Shown here piece by piece: positions 50,717 to 61,035 of a stretch of DNA of 64,000 nucleotides. Source of the DNA: an uncultured Candidatus Binatia bacterium. GTDB lineage: Bacteria; Desulfobacterota; Binatia; UBA9968; JAJDTQ01. The notes under the pieces were generated by a model. It was not told where the DNA came from. It saw only the letters and a list, made by a program, of their open reading frames with translations, and searched no databases. Each line of letters starts with the position of its first letter. The first letter of the stretch is position 1. A program made the position numbers and the translations under genes. The stretch spans positions 1-64,000 of the forward strand of contig OZ251459.1 in assembly GCA_965242525.1 (NCBI GenBank). The letters run 5' to 3'.

Positions 50717-52423
50717 ATGGCTATGGAATACGACCTGCTGATACGCGGCGGCCGCGTGGCCGACGGTTCCGGGCTGCCGTCCCATTCCGCGGACGTGGGC
50801 GTGAAGGACGGCAAGATCGCCGAGGTGGGCCGCCTCAAGGGGTCGGCGAGCCGGACCATCGACGCCGCGGGACTGGTGGTGTCTCCGGGGTTCATCGACC
50901 ACCACACCCACATGGACGCCCAGATCCTGTGGGACCCCTACGGCACCTCCGAGCCGCAGCACGGCATCACCTCCGTCGTCATGGGGAACTGCGGCCTGGC
51001 CCTGGCGCCGGTGGATGAAGGCGGCGAAGACGCGCTGGTGAAGAGCTTCGTGCGGGTGGAGGCCATCCCCCGCTTCGCCCTGGAGAAAGGCGTCCAGTGG
51101 CGTTGGCGCACCTACGGCGAGTACCTCGACGCGCTGGAAGGCAGGCTCGGGATCAACGCCGGGGGCCTGGTGGGACACATCGCCGTGCGCCAGAACGTCA
51201 TGGGCGAGGAGTCGGTGGAACGCAAGGCCACCGCGGGCGAGGTGCACAGGATGAAGGGCTTGGTCCGGGACGCCATGGACGCCGGCGCCCTGGGGTTCTC
51301 CACCAACCGCAACGAACGGCACATGAGGGAGGACGGCAAGCCCGTGGCCAGCCGGCTCGCGGACGACGAGGAGCTGTTCGCCCTTTGCGACGTGTTGGGG
51401 GAGCGCAACAGCGGCATCATCGAGACCATACTCGGGCGCAACCGCATGGAGCATTTCGACTACTACCACGAGCTCGCCCGCCGGACCCAGCGCCCCATCA
51501 TCTGGCAGAGCGTGCACCATCGCTGGGCCGAGCCGACCCTCTGGCAGGAACAGCTCGACGCGGTGTCGCGGATATTCCGGGACGGCTACCGCGCCTACGG
51601 GCTGACCCAGACGGTCCCCCTCGTCCGCCACTTCAACCTTCGGAACGCCCAGCTCTTCGACGAGTTCCCCCACTGGAAGAACATCATGTTCCTGCCGGTG
51701 GAAGTGCGCCAGCAGGCGTTCGCCGACCCGGCCACCCGCGAGAAGCTGCGCGAGGACCTGGCCACCGAGCGCATGACCAACTTCCACCGGCGCTGGGACA
51801 TCGTGCAGGTGGAGAAGGTCGTCAAGGAGGAGAACCGGCGGTACGAGGGCATGAGCGTGGCCGACATGGCGGCCATGCGCAACCAGGAACCCCTCGACGC
51901 ATTCCTCGACCTGTCGTTGGACGAGGACTTGCTCACCACTTTCCAGAACGCCAACACGGGCGGGGACGCCCAGGCCATGGGAGAGATCCTGCGCAGCCCC
52001 TACGTGCTGGTGGGCACGTCGGACGCCGGCGCCCACGTGCTGTACGGCGCCGACTTCGGCTACGGCACCACGCTGCTGGGGTTGTGGGTGCGGGAGCGCG
52101 GCCTGATGACGCTGGAAGAGGCGGTGCACAAGCTCACCTTCCACGTGGCCTCGGTCTATGGATTGGAGGGGAGGGGACTGATACGGCCCGGGTACGCCGC
52201 GGACCTGACGTTGTTCGACCCGGAGACCGTGCGCGCGCACGAACCCGAATGGGCCGAGGACTACCCGGCCGGCACCAGGCGCCTGATCCAGCGGTCCGAC
52301 GGCATCCACTACACCATCGTGAACGGCGGCGTGATCCATGAGGACGGCCGTTTGACCGGAGACCTCCCGGGGCAGGTCCTGCGAGGCTCAGCCTACGCTC
52401 CGACCCGGGCGGCCGCGGCCTGA
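50717..52423 (+). CDS. amidohydrolase (N-acyl-D-amino-acid deacylase family)
   Basis: PGFIDHHTHMD, GITSVVMGNCG, SDAGAH, GLIRPGYAADL; GAGGAGG RBS. Confidence 0.9.
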   Translation: MAMEYDLLIRGGRVADGSGLPSHSADVGVKDGKIAEVGRLKGSASRTIDAAGLVVSPGFIDHHTHMDAQILWDPYGTSEPQHGITSVVMGNCGLALAPVDEGGEDALVKSFVRVEAIPRFALEKGVQWRWRTYGEYLDALEGRLGINAGGLVGHIAVRQNVMGEESVERKATAGEVHRMKGLVRDAMDAGALGFSTNRNERHMREDGKPVASRLADDEELFALCDVLGERNSGIIETILGRNRMEHFDYYHELARRTQRPIIWQSVHHRWAEPTLWQEQLDAVSRIFRDGYRAYGLTQTVPLVRHFNLRNAQLFDEFPHWKNIMFLPVEVRQQAFADPATREKLREDLATERMTNFHRRWDIVQVEKVVKEENRRYEGMSVADMAAMRNQEPLDAFLDLSLDEDLLTTFQNANTGGDAQAMGEILRSPYVLVGTSDAGAHVLYGADFGYGTTLLGLWVRERGLMTLEEAVHKLTFHVASVYGLEGRGLIRPGYAADLTLFDPETVRAHEPEWAEDYPAGTRRLIQRSDGIHYTIVNGGVIHEDGRLTGDLPGQVLRGSAYAPTRAAAA

Positions 52424-52490
52424 TCCCTTCGAGGGGCGGCGAGGCGCAGGCGCTGCCGGCGTCGAGACCCGAGCCGACTGGGGAGGACGT

Positions 52491-52808
52491 GTGGGAGTGA
52501 GTTACATTCCGGTGGCCCGCACCGGCGAGCTGGAGCCCGGACAGAGGAAAGCCGTGGAGTTGAGCGGCCGCGCCGTCGTGCTGGCGCGCCTGGGAGACCG
52601 CTACTTCGCGTTTTCCCGTTATTGCCCCCACGAGAACGCGGACCTCCTGAACGGCGTCATCGCCGCGGGGAAGGTCCGCTGCGACAACCACGGCTATTGT
52701 TTCGACCTCGGCACCGGAGATTGCGTGCTGCCCAGGGACGGCGAGCCGCTGACGGTCCTCCCGGTGGAAGAACGGGAGGACGACGTCTGCATTCGCATCG
52801 AGTGGTAG
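52491..52808 (+). CDS. Rieske [2Fe-2S] ferredoxin
   Basis: CPH...CDNH Rieske ligands; FDLGTG. Confidence 0.9.
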   Translation: MGVSYIPVARTGELEPGQRKAVELSGRAVVLARLGDRYFAFSRYCPHENADLLNGVIAAGKVRCDNHGYCFDLGTGDCVLPRDGEPLTVLPVEEREDDVCIRIEW

Positions 52809-52834
52809 GCGCAGACGTTCACGAAAACAGGGAA

Positions 52835-52974
52835 GGAACCTCTGAACAATCGGGCAGAGGGCATGAGAGCGTCCTTCGACTTCGCTTCGCTACGCTCAGG
52901 ACGAACGGGAATAGGGGTGTCAGGGCGAGGGAATCGCGAATCCGTCCTGGATGTCTCGATTGTTCAGAGGTTCC
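52835..52974. mobile_element. MITE-like element with one REP-like unit
   Basis: Perfect 18-bp terminal inverted repeat GGAACCTCTGAACAATCG; GGAA duplicated on both flanks. Confidence 0.8.
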
Positions 52975-53058
52975 GGAACTCCGTTCCCCTCCTCAAGAGG
53001 GAGGGAACGTCAGGCTGTGAGACCCTGCCCACGCGAAAGCCGGAAGAGCCACAACCAT

Positions 53059-53102
53059 CCCCGTTCGTCCTGAGCGTAGCGAAGCGGAGTCGAAGGACGC
53101 TC
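53059..53102. repeat. free-standing REP-like unit, inverted relative to the 52835 copy
   Basis: CCCCGTTCGTCCTGAGCGTAGCGAAGCGGAGTCGAAGGACGC. Confidence 0.8.
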
Positions 53103-53153
53103 TTTCCCGAGGGAACCCAAGCCGGAATCCATGAGACGTTCCCGGCGCGAAGG

Positions 53154-54068
53154 ATGGCGATGAACCGGTTCGACGCGGTCCTCCTCATCGCGTTCGGGGG
53201 GCCGGAGAACTCCGACGAAGTCCGCCCTTTCCTCGAACGGGTCACCGCGGGTCGGCGCATACCGCGGGCCCGCCTCGACGAGGTGGTTCGCCATTACGAG
53301 CGCATCGGCGGCCGTTCGCCGCTGAACGAGTTGACCCGCCGGCAGGCGGACGCGCTACGGCGGAGGCTCGCCCGGGACGGCGTCCACATGCCGGTGTACA
53401 TGGGGATGCGCAACTGGCGTCCGTTCCTGCACGAGACCCTGGCGGAGATGGGGGCCGGGGGGCATCGCCGGGTGTGGGGGATCATCCTTTCCGCCTTTCG
53501 GACCGAGGCGTCCTGGGACCGCTACGTGGCCAGCGTGGAAGCCGCCTGCGCGCGGCCCGGCGCCCCGACGGTGGAGTACGCGCAGCCGTGGTCGCACCGT
53601 CCGTCGTTCGTCCGGGCGGTGGCCGACCGAATTGCGTCCGCCATCGAAGGCATTCCGAGAGAGCATCGGAGCGCGCCGCTGGTCTTCACCGCCCACAGCG
53701 TTCCGCGGTCCATGGCCGACGGCTCCCCTTACGTGGAACAGTTCCGGGAAGCGTCGCGGCGTGTGGCCGAAGCACTGGGCCGGGCGGACTGGACGCTGGC
53801 GTACCAGAGCCGCAGCGGCCGACCCGAGGACCCCTGGCTCGGGCCGGACGTGACCGAGACCCTCGAGGGGTTGGCAAGAGCCGGGGAGAAGGCGGTCATC
53901 GCGGCGCCCATCGGTTTCGTCTGTGACCATGTGGAGGTCCTCTACGACCTCGACGTGGAGGCCCGGCAGCGCGCCCGGGAGCTGGGAGTGGGCTTCTACC
54001 GGGCGCCCGCGGTGAACGACCATCCCCTGTTCATCGACCTGCTGGCGGGGCTCGTGCCGCGGTCGTGA
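53154..54068 (+). CDS. hemH: ferrochelatase
   Basis: FGGPE, HYERIGGRSPLN, FTAHSVP, YQSRSG..PWLGPD, GFVCDHVEVLYDLD. Confidence 0.93.
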   Translation: MAMNRFDAVLLIAFGGPENSDEVRPFLERVTAGRRIPRARLDEVVRHYERIGGRSPLNELTRRQADALRRRLARDGVHMPVYMGMRNWRPFLHETLAEMGAGGHRRVWGIILSAFRTEASWDRYVASVEAACARPGAPTVEYAQPWSHRPSFVRAVADRIASAIEGIPREHRSAPLVFTAHSVPRSMADGSPYVEQFREASRRVAEALGRADWTLAYQSRSGRPEDPWLGPDVTETLEGLARAGEKAVIAAPIGFVCDHVEVLYDLDVEARQRARELGVGFYRAPAVNDHPLFIDLLAGLVPRS

Positions 54069-54178
54069 AAGCCCGCAGGCCTTGTTGACCCTCGCGGGTC
54101 CTGCCGATAGGATCGTGGAAGCAGGCGGGAGTCGTCCGGGGCGTCCCGCCCAGGTCCGCGGCGCGGGAGAGGATCCAT

Positions 54179-54312
54179 GGAACCTCTGAACGATCGGGAC
54201 GGAGGCAAGGGCCCGTCCTTCGACTCCGCTTCGCTACGCTCAGGACGAACGGGGACAGGGCAGTCAGGGTGAGGGAATCCATCCCGGATGTCTCGATCGT
54301 TCAGAGGTTTCC
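54179..54312. mobile_element. MITE-like element with one REP-like unit
   Basis: GGAACCTCTGAACGATCG ... CGATCGTTCAGAGGTTTCC; no clear target duplication. Confidence 0.72.
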
Positions 54313-54314
54313 AG

Positions 54315-55331
54315 ATGTTCCTCGTGTGGCGCGGGCCATCATGCGCGCTTGCGGCTGCCGTCGTCGGGGTATTGACGTTCGTTTCCGCGGCTTCGGCAGC
54401 CGAACCCGGAAGGCCGCTGCGGGTGGCCTTCGCCGGCTTCGGCGTGGGGGCGGTGGTGACCTGGGTGGCCAGGGACACGGACCTGTTCGCCAAGTACGGT
54501 CTCGACGCCCGCACGGTTTACCTCGACGGGGCCGCGGCCGGCGGGGTCCGGTCCCTGCTGGGCACGGACGTCCTCGTGGTCTCCCAGGACGTGCTGGCGC
54601 CCTTGCAGGCGGTCAGCGAAGGCGCCGACCTCGTGTTCGTGGGGGCCCACGGGAGCCCGGAGGACTACCGCTTCGGGGTGGCTTCCTACGTGGACGACCT
54701 CGTGCAGCTCAAGGGCAAGAAGGTAGGGGTGTCGGGCCTCGGCAGGAAGTCCGACCTGGTTGCGCGGGTGGCCCTGAGACGCGCGGGACTGGACCCGGTG
54801 GAAGACGTGGAGATGGTCCCCATCGGCTATTCGCCCCAGAGGGCGGCCGCCCTCTACCGCAACGTGGTCCAGGGGGCCCCTCTGGTTCCGCAGGTGGCCG
54901 CGGAGGCGCAACGGGCGGGCGTCAAGGTCCTGGAGATCGGCGAGGTCAACCTGGTGACCGACCTGCTGGTGACCACCAGGGACTTCGCCAACCGGAACCC
55001 CAACCTGTTGCGGCGTTTCCTGATGGCGTACGTGAACGGCGTCCAGCACTTCCTGACCGAACGCGCGGACAGCATGCGGATCATGGAGAAATACGTGGCC
55101 CTCGCCCGGGGGACTTCCCTGGCAGGGACCTACGGCTCCCTGGCGCGCCAACTGGACCCGCTCCCCCTGCCCCGGCCCGAGGCGGTCCAGGCCCTGATCG
55201 ACGCGGTCTCGGTCATCGACTCCCGCGCCAGGGAGATCCGGCCCGGCCACGTGCTGGAGCTGGACCTCCTGGAGCGGCTGCAAGAGACCGGCTTCGTCAA
55301 GGGACTGTACTCGGAGAAGGTGGAGCTCTAG
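54315..55331 (+). CDS. ABC transporter substrate-binding protein (NitT/TauT family)
   Basis: Signal peptide ending ASAAE; LFAKYGLD, LKGKKVGVS, GLDP..DV. Confidence 0.85.
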   Translation: MFLVWRGPSCALAAAVVGVLTFVSAASAAEPGRPLRVAFAGFGVGAVVTWVARDTDLFAKYGLDARTVYLDGAAAGGVRSLLGTDVLVVSQDVLAPLQAVSEGADLVFVGAHGSPEDYRFGVASYVDDLVQLKGKKVGVSGLGRKSDLVARVALRRAGLDPVEDVEMVPIGYSPQRAAALYRNVVQGAPLVPQVAAEAQRAGVKVLEIGEVNLVTDLLVTTRDFANRNPNLLRRFLMAYVNGVQHFLTERADSMRIMEKYVALARGTSLAGTYGSLARQLDPLPLPRPEAVQALIDAVSVIDSRAREIRPGHVLELDLLERLQETGFVKGLYSEKVEL

Positions 55332-55388
55332 TCGTCCGGGCAACGGCCCCTGCGCCCGGTCCCCGCCGGGCTCGCGCACGCGGCAAAA

Positions 55389-55417
55389 TTGCATTCCCCG
55401 GGCATATGCCCTAGAAT
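55389..55417 (+). promoter_or_regulatory. sigma70-type promoter for plsC-rnj-ftsK-lolA
   Basis: TTGCAT, 17-nt spacer, TAGAAT. Confidence 0.55.
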
Positions 55418-55474
55418 GGAGGCAATCGGGGCTTCAGGCCGCCGACAGGCCCGGGCAGACGCGCCTTCAACCGC

Positions 55475-56236
55475 ATGTACACGCTAAAGCTGGCCCTTAT
55501 CGTCCTTGCAAGCATTCTCCAGAGCGTTCCCATCATCCTTTTCGGCTCACTGGACCCCTACGGCAAGCGGGTCTATCCGATGTTCCGCCTATGGTCCTGG
55601 TGCGTTCTCAAGACCGGCGGGGTGCGGCTGAGCGTCCGTCATGTCGGCCGTCCGGACCCCCGCGGCGCATACGTCTTCATGGCCAATCACCAGAGCAATA
55701 TCGACATCCCGGTGCTGGTGCAGGCGCTGGCGCCGTTCCAGTTGCGCTGGATGGCGAAACGGGAGCTGCTCCGGATCCCGTTCTTCGGCTGGGCGCTGTG
55801 GGCCTCCAAGCACGTGGTGGTGAACCGCGCGCGCCGGATGGAAGTGGCGGCGACCATGGCCAGCGCGTGCGAGAAGCTCGCCAACGGGGTCTCCGTGGTG
55901 GTGTTCCCCGAGGGGACGCGCAGTACGGACGGGCGGCTGCTGCCGTTCAAGCGGGGAGGGTTCCGCGTGGCCGAGAAGGCCGGGGTCCCCATCGTGCCCG
56001 TCACGATCAACGGCTCGGGCGGGCTGATGGGGCGGGGGGACTGGCGCCTCCGGTCCGGCCGGGTGGAGGTCGTCATCGGCGAGGCGGTCCCGCCGGGCGG
56101 TCCCGCGGACCGTTCCCGCCGGCAGATGGAGCAGGTGCGGGAGGCCATCGGCTCGCGCTTGGCGCCGCCCGCGGGCGCGGACCGGGGGACTTGGCCGACG
56201 CCGGGGCTTTCACCGTCTTCCGGACGCGAGGTGTAG
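55475..56236 (+). CDS. plsC: 1-acyl-sn-glycerol-3-phosphate acyltransferase
   Basis: NHQSNID, FPEGTRS, PFKRGGF. Confidence 0.92.
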   Translation: MYTLKLALIVLASILQSVPIILFGSLDPYGKRVYPMFRLWSWCVLKTGGVRLSVRHVGRPDPRGAYVFMANHQSNIDIPVLVQALAPFQLRWMAKRELLRIPFFGWALWASKHVVVNRARRMEVAATMASACEKLANGVSVVVFPEGTRSTDGRLLPFKRGGFRVAEKAGVPIVPVTINGSGGLMGRGDWRLRSGRVEVVIGEAVPPGGPADRSRRQMEQVREAIGSRLAPPAGADRGTWPTPGLSPSSGREV

Positions 56237-57892
56237 ATGAACCCTTTGAGGATCGTTCCCCTGGGAGGGCTGGGGGAGTTCGGCTGCAACATGCTGACGA
56301 TGGAGTGGGGCGACTCCATGATCGCGGTGGACTGCGGGGTCATGTTCCCGGGACCCGAGCTCCTGGGCATCGACCTGGTCATCCCCGACGTGAGCTACCT
56401 GACGGATCAGGGAAAGGTTCCCGACGCCATCGTCCTGACCCATGCCCACGAGGACCACATCGGCGCCTTGCCCTACCTCCTGCGCCGTTTCCGCGCGCCG
56501 GTGTACGGCACGCGCCTGACCCTGGCGTTCCTGCGCCACAAGCTGCGGGAGCACCGGCTGGAAGAGTCCACGGAGCTGGTGGAGATCGTTCCCGGAGAGC
56601 GTTTCGCCGTCGGCCCTTTCACGTTGGAGGGTATCCCCGTCACCCACAGCCTGGTCAACTGCGTGGCCCTGGCCATCGAGACGCCGGTGGGCGTCGTGGT
56701 CCACACCGGCGACTTCAAGATCGACAACACTCCCATGGACGGCGAAGGGTTCGACTTCCACCGCTTCGCCGCCTACGGCGACAAGGGCGTGCTGCTGCTG
56801 CTGTCGGACTCCACCAACGTGGAGCGCGAGGGTTGCACGCCCTCCGAGCGCTCGGTGGGACAGGGGCTCCGGGGGATCTTCGGGTCGAGTCCGGGGCGCA
56901 TATTCATCGCCACGTTCGCCTCCCACATCCCGCGCATCCAGCAGGTGGCGGAGCTCGCCTCCGAGTTCGGCCGCAAGCTGGTCCTCAGCGGACGGAGCAT
57001 CGTCAACAACACCGGCATCGCCGCGGACCTGGGCTACCTCCGCCTGCCCGACGACGTCATGACCGACGACCGGGACTGGCGGGACGTGCCCGACGACCAA
57101 CTCTGCTTCCTCACCACCGGAAGCCAGGGGGAGCCCATGTCGGTGCTCCACCGCGCGGCCTTCGACGAGCACCGGTCCATCAAGTTCCGGCCCGGGGACG
57201 CGGTGGCGTTGTCGGCCCGGTTCATCCCCGGAAACGAGAAGGTCATCGGCAGCCTCATCGACCACCTGTACCGCCGCGGCGCCCGGGTCCACTACGAGCG
57301 CGCCTCGGGGATACACGTCTCGGGGCACGCCAGCCGGGAAGAGCTGAAGACGATGATCCGGCTCACCCGTCCGCGCTACTTCGTTCCCGTGCACGGGGAG
57401 TTCCGGCAACTGTACAAACACGTGGAGCTCGCGCGCGCGGTGGGCGTGCCCGCGGACAACTGTTTCCTCATGGAGAACGGCGACGCCCTGGAGCTCACCC
57501 AAGGGGAGGCCGGGCGCGCGGAGCCGGTCCCGGCCGGCAAGGTCTTCGTGGACGGAAAGGGCATCGGCGACGTGGAGGACATCGTCATACGCGACCGCCG
57601 GCGCCTGAGCGAGGACGGGCTGGTGGTGGTGGCCATGGCGGTGCGCCGGCGGACGGGCGAGGTGGCGGCCGGCCCGGACCTGATGGCCCGGGGGTTCATG
57701 CGTTCGGAGGAGGAAGAGGACGTCCTCGGCACGGCCCGGGACTCGCTGCGGGCGTACATCGAGGGTTGCGGCGTCGAGACGCGCATGGACTCGGCCGAGC
57801 TCAAGGAAGGCATACGGCGGTCGCTGCGAAAGTTCTTCGAGAAGAGGCTGCACCGCAGGCCGGCCGTGGTGCCGTATATCATGGAGATGTAG
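56237..57892 (+). CDS. rnj: ribonuclease J
   Basis: PLGGLGEFG, THAHEDHIG, HTGDFK, TGSQGEP, HVSGHA, PVHGE. Confidence 0.96.
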   Translation: MNPLRIVPLGGLGEFGCNMLTMEWGDSMIAVDCGVMFPGPELLGIDLVIPDVSYLTDQGKVPDAIVLTHAHEDHIGALPYLLRRFRAPVYGTRLTLAFLRHKLREHRLEESTELVEIVPGERFAVGPFTLEGIPVTHSLVNCVALAIETPVGVVVHTGDFKIDNTPMDGEGFDFHRFAAYGDKGVLLLLSDSTNVEREGCTPSERSVGQGLRGIFGSSPGRIFIATFASHIPRIQQVAELASEFGRKLVLSGRSIVNNTGIAADLGYLRLPDDVMTDDRDWRDVPDDQLCFLTTGSQGEPMSVLHRAAFDEHRSIKFRPGDAVALSARFIPGNEKVIGSLIDHLYRRGARVHYERASGIHVSGHASREELKTMIRLTRPRYFVPVHGEFRQLYKHVELARAVGVPADNCFLMENGDALELTQGEAGRAEPVPAGKVFVDGKGIGDVEDIVIRDRRRLSEDGLVVVAMAVRRRTGEVAAGPDLMARGFMRSEEEEDVLGTARDSLRAYIEGCGVETRMDSAELKEGIRRSLRKFFEKRLHRRPAVVPYIMEM

Positions 57893-57901
57893 GCGGCGCT
57901 C

Positions 57902-60211
57902 ATGATGGAACACGGCTCTCGACTCAATCGTGAACTCTGGGGCGCGGTGGCTCTCGTGGGGGCCTGTTTCGCGGTGCTCAGCCTGGTTTCCTACAGCCCC
58001 CTGGACCGTTCCCTCAACGTGCCTTCCGGCTCCCGGGACCCCATCAACCTGGGCGGGGTGGTGGGCGCCTACCTGGCGGACCTGCTGCTGCAGGGGATGG
58101 GCCTCATCGCCTACCTCCTGCCCGTGGTCCTGGTGCTGCTTGCCGTCCGCCTCTTCCGCCGCGACCCCGGCAAGCTCAGGCTGTCCGCGGCCATCGGGTG
58201 CGCCCTGCTCCTGTGGGGTCTGGCCATCGCCGTCAGCCTCGTCCACGGAGTCGATCTGGCCCGGGACGGCGGCGGCGTGCTGGGCGGGTTCTCCCGGGCG
58301 TTCCTGACGGAGCTGTTCGGCTACGCCGGGACCTGCGTCATCACGCTGTTCCTGTTGCTGACCGCGGTCATGCTCCTGTCCCGGACCTCCATGCTGAACT
58401 GGGGGAGCCGGTTCGCGGAGACCCACCGGCAGTTCCGCTCCACCCTGGGCGGGGCCGCCTCGTCCGTCAGGGGGTCCTGGCGGACCGGGGTGGAGCGGAA
58501 ACCCCAGGCCAACGTCAAGAAGGAGCGCCGGGGCTTCACCGCGCCGCCCATCGTCCTGACGGAGGAGGCGGTGGAGGAGCCGCCCGGGGAAGCGCCGGAT
58601 GAGGCGCCGCCGGAGGAACCGGTCAAGGGACGCCGGAAGAAGGGCAAGGCCAAGCCCAGGCCGGAACCGGACCAGTTCGTGTTCCCGGAGCTCACGGACG
58701 GTTACGCGCTGCCCTCCCTGGCCTTCCTCGATTCCCCGCCGAACGAGAAGGTCGTCGTGGACAAGGAGACGCTGGAGGCCAACTCCCTGGTCTTGCAGCG
58801 GAAGCTCCAGGACTTCGGCATCCAGGGAGAGGTCCTGGCGGTGAGGCCCGGCCCGGTGATCACCGTCTATGAGTTCCGGCCCGCTCCCGGCGTCATGGTG
58901 CGCCGGATCACGGGCGTGGCGGACGACCTGGCCATGGCCCTCAGCGCGGTGAGCATCCGCATCCTGGCGCCGATACCGGGCGAGTCCGTGGTGGGCATCG
59001 AGGTCCCCAACACCCGGCGGGAGACGGTCTTCCTGAGGGAGGTCCTGGAAGCCCCGGTCTATGCGGACTCCGATTCGAGCCTGACCCTGGCCCTGGGCAA
59101 GGACATCGCCGGCGCTCCCTTTGCCGCGGACCTGGCCCGCATGCCCCACCTCCTGGTGGCCGGCGCCACCGGCACGGGCAAGTCCGTGTCCCTGAACTCG
59201 ATGATCCTGAGCATCCTGTACAAGGCCACGGCCGACGACGTCCGGTTCATCATGATCGACCCCAAGATGCTGGAGTTGACCCCCTACGAGGGACTGCCCC
59301 ACCTGCTGACGCCGGTGGTGACCGATCCCAAGGAAGCCCGGGCGGCGCTGCTCTGGGCGGTGCAGGAGATGGACCGCCGCTACCGGCTCATGCGCGACAA
59401 GGGCGCCCGCAACATCGACAACTACAACCGGATCATGGAGCGGGAGCCGCCCCCGGCCGAAGCCGCGGACGGAGACGGCCGGGACGGGGGGGACGCGCCC
59501 TGGGACGAGGAGGCGGTGGGCGGACGGCTGGACGGAAGCGAAGAGCTGGAGCACGGACGGTTGCCGCGGGTGGTGGTGCTCATCGACGAGCTGGCCGACC
59601 TGATGATGTCGGTGGGGCGCGACATCGAGGAGTACATCACGCGGCTGGCGCAGAAGGCGCGGGCCGCGGGGATCCACATGGTGCTGGCCACGCAGCGGCC
59701 GTCGGTGGACGTGATCACCGGACTCATCAAGGCGAACTTCCCCGCGCGGGTCTCCTTCCAGGTGACCTCCCGGGTGGACTCCCGCACCATACTGGACGGC
59801 ATGGGCGCGGAACAGCTCCTGGGCAACGGGGACCTGCTCTTCCTGCCTCCGGGGACCGCCCGGTTGCTCCGGCTCCACGGTCCCTTCGTCTCCAACGAGG
59901 AAATCCAGAAGGTGACCGAGTTCATCAAGCAACAGGGTCGGCCGCAATACCGCCCGGAGATCCTCGAGGCCGCGGCGGACGGCTCCGGGGAAGCGGGCGG
60001 CCCGGACGACGAATACGACGAGATGTACGACCAGGCGGTGGCGGTGGTGACCGAGACCAGGCAGGCGTCCATATCCATGGTGCAGCGGCGCCTGAGGGTG
60101 GGCTACAACCGCGCGGCGCGGATGATCGAGAAGATGGAGCGGGACGGCGTGGTGGGGCCTGCGGACGGGGCCCGGCCGCGAGAGGTCCTCGCGCAGAAGA
60201 TCGAGGAGTGA
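57902..60211 (+). CDS. ftsK: DNA translocase FtsK
   Basis: N-terminal 4TM region, PHLLVAGATGTGKS, IDELADLM, ATQRPSVDV, gamma domain QRRLRVGYNRAAR. Confidence 0.97.
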   Translation: MMEHGSRLNRELWGAVALVGACFAVLSLVSYSPLDRSLNVPSGSRDPINLGGVVGAYLADLLLQGMGLIAYLLPVVLVLLAVRLFRRDPGKLRLSAAIGCALLLWGLAIAVSLVHGVDLARDGGGVLGGFSRAFLTELFGYAGTCVITLFLLLTAVMLLSRTSMLNWGSRFAETHRQFRSTLGGAASSVRGSWRTGVERKPQANVKKERRGFTAPPIVLTEEAVEEPPGEAPDEAPPEEPVKGRRKKGKAKPRPEPDQFVFPELTDGYALPSLAFLDSPPNEKVVVDKETLEANSLVLQRKLQDFGIQGEVLAVRPGPVITVYEFRPAPGVMVRRITGVADDLAMALSAVSIRILAPIPGESVVGIEVPNTRRETVFLREVLEAPVYADSDSSLTLALGKDIAGAPFAADLARMPHLLVAGATGTGKSVSLNSMILSILYKATADDVRFIMIDPKMLELTPYEGLPHLLTPVVTDPKEARAALLWAVQEMDRRYRLMRDKGARNIDNYNRIMEREPPPAEAADGDGRDGGDAPWDEEAVGGRLDGSEELEHGRLPRVVVLIDELADLMMSVGRDIEEYITRLAQKARAAGIHMVLATQRPSVDVITGLIKANFPARVSFQVTSRVDSRTILDGMGAEQLLGNGDLLFLPPGTARLLRLHGPFVSNEEIQKVTEFIKQQGRPQYRPEILEAAADGSGEAGGPDDEYDEMYDQAVAVVTETRQASISMVQRRLRVGYNRAARMIEKMERDGVVGPADGARPREVLAQKIEE

Positions 60212-60951
60212 CCCGGCGCATGGAAACCACGAGACCGCAGTTCCGCGAAACCGCATCTCCGCGCAGTGGGGGAAGGCGCCGGGCGAGGCGCGCCGGCGCC
60301 GTCGTCGGGTGGCTCGCGGCCGCGTTGGCCGCGTTCGTCCTGGCGCTGCCGGCCCGGGACGCCCGCGCCCAGGACGCCCAGGCCGTGGTCCGGGGCGTGC
60401 AGCAGCGCTACGACGCCACCGGGGACTACAGCGCCCGTTTCCGCCAGACCACCGAGTACCGCACCCTGAACCGGCGCATCGAGGGCAAGGGCCGCGTCTA
60501 TTTCAGCAAGCCGGGGCGGATGCTGTGGCGTTACGACGAGCCTGCCGGGCAGTTCGTGCTCTCCGACGGTCGCCACCTCTACTTCTATCAACCCGAGGAA
60601 CGACAGGTCATCAAGACCGCTTTCGGGTCGGCGTTCCGCTCGGACCTGCCGCTCTCGTTCCTGTTGGGCATCGGCGACCTGACCCGGGATTTCCGCGCCG
60701 AGTTGGCGGAAGGCTCCGGGGACGCCCACGTGCTGGAGCTCTCGCCCAGGAAGCCCGATACCGGGGTCCGCGAGGTGCGCCTGTCCGTGGACCCCGGCGC
60801 CCACGACATCCGGCAGGTGCGCATCGAGGACGCGGCCGGGAACCGCTGGACCTTCCGCTTCGACGACATCCGGCGCGGGGCGGGGTTGGACCCGTCGCTG
60901 TTCCGGTTGAAGGCGCCGGAAGGGGTCGATATCGTCGAGTTCGGCTCCTAG
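60208..60951 (+). CDS. lolA: outer-membrane lipoprotein carrier protein
   Basis: ARFRQ, KPGRMLWRY, SDG; conserved position after ftsK; start uncertain. Confidence 0.88.
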   Translation: MTRRMETTRPQFRETASPRSGGRRRARRAGAVVGWLAAALAAFVLALPARDARAQDAQAVVRGVQQRYDATGDYSARFRQTTEYRTLNRRIEGKGRVYFSKPGRMLWRYDEPAGQFVLSDGRHLYFYQPEERQVIKTAFGSAFRSDLPLSFLLGIGDLTRDFRAELAEGSGDAHVLELSPRKPDTGVREVRLSVDPGAHDIRQVRIEDAAGNRWTFRFDDIRRGAGLDPSLFRLKAPEGVDIVEFGS

Positions 60952-61035
60952 CGTCCGCGCGGCCCCTGCCGGCCAAGCCGTTTGACTCCGACTCCGAATA
61001 GTGGTGAATTGAATCCTCTTCCAGGAGAGGCCAAC

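Noticed and set aside
52863-53153. N-terminal extension of ferrochelatase
   Set aside because: Consists of MITE/REP sequence that happens to be open; the recognisable protein starts at 53154-53160
56210-60256. 1348-aa minus-strand ORF and similar long antisense or alternate-frame ORFs (e.g. 43049..46564, 25208..27715)
   Set aside because: Shadow frames of well-supported genes; stop-codon scarcity is expected at this GC content and no motifs are recognisable
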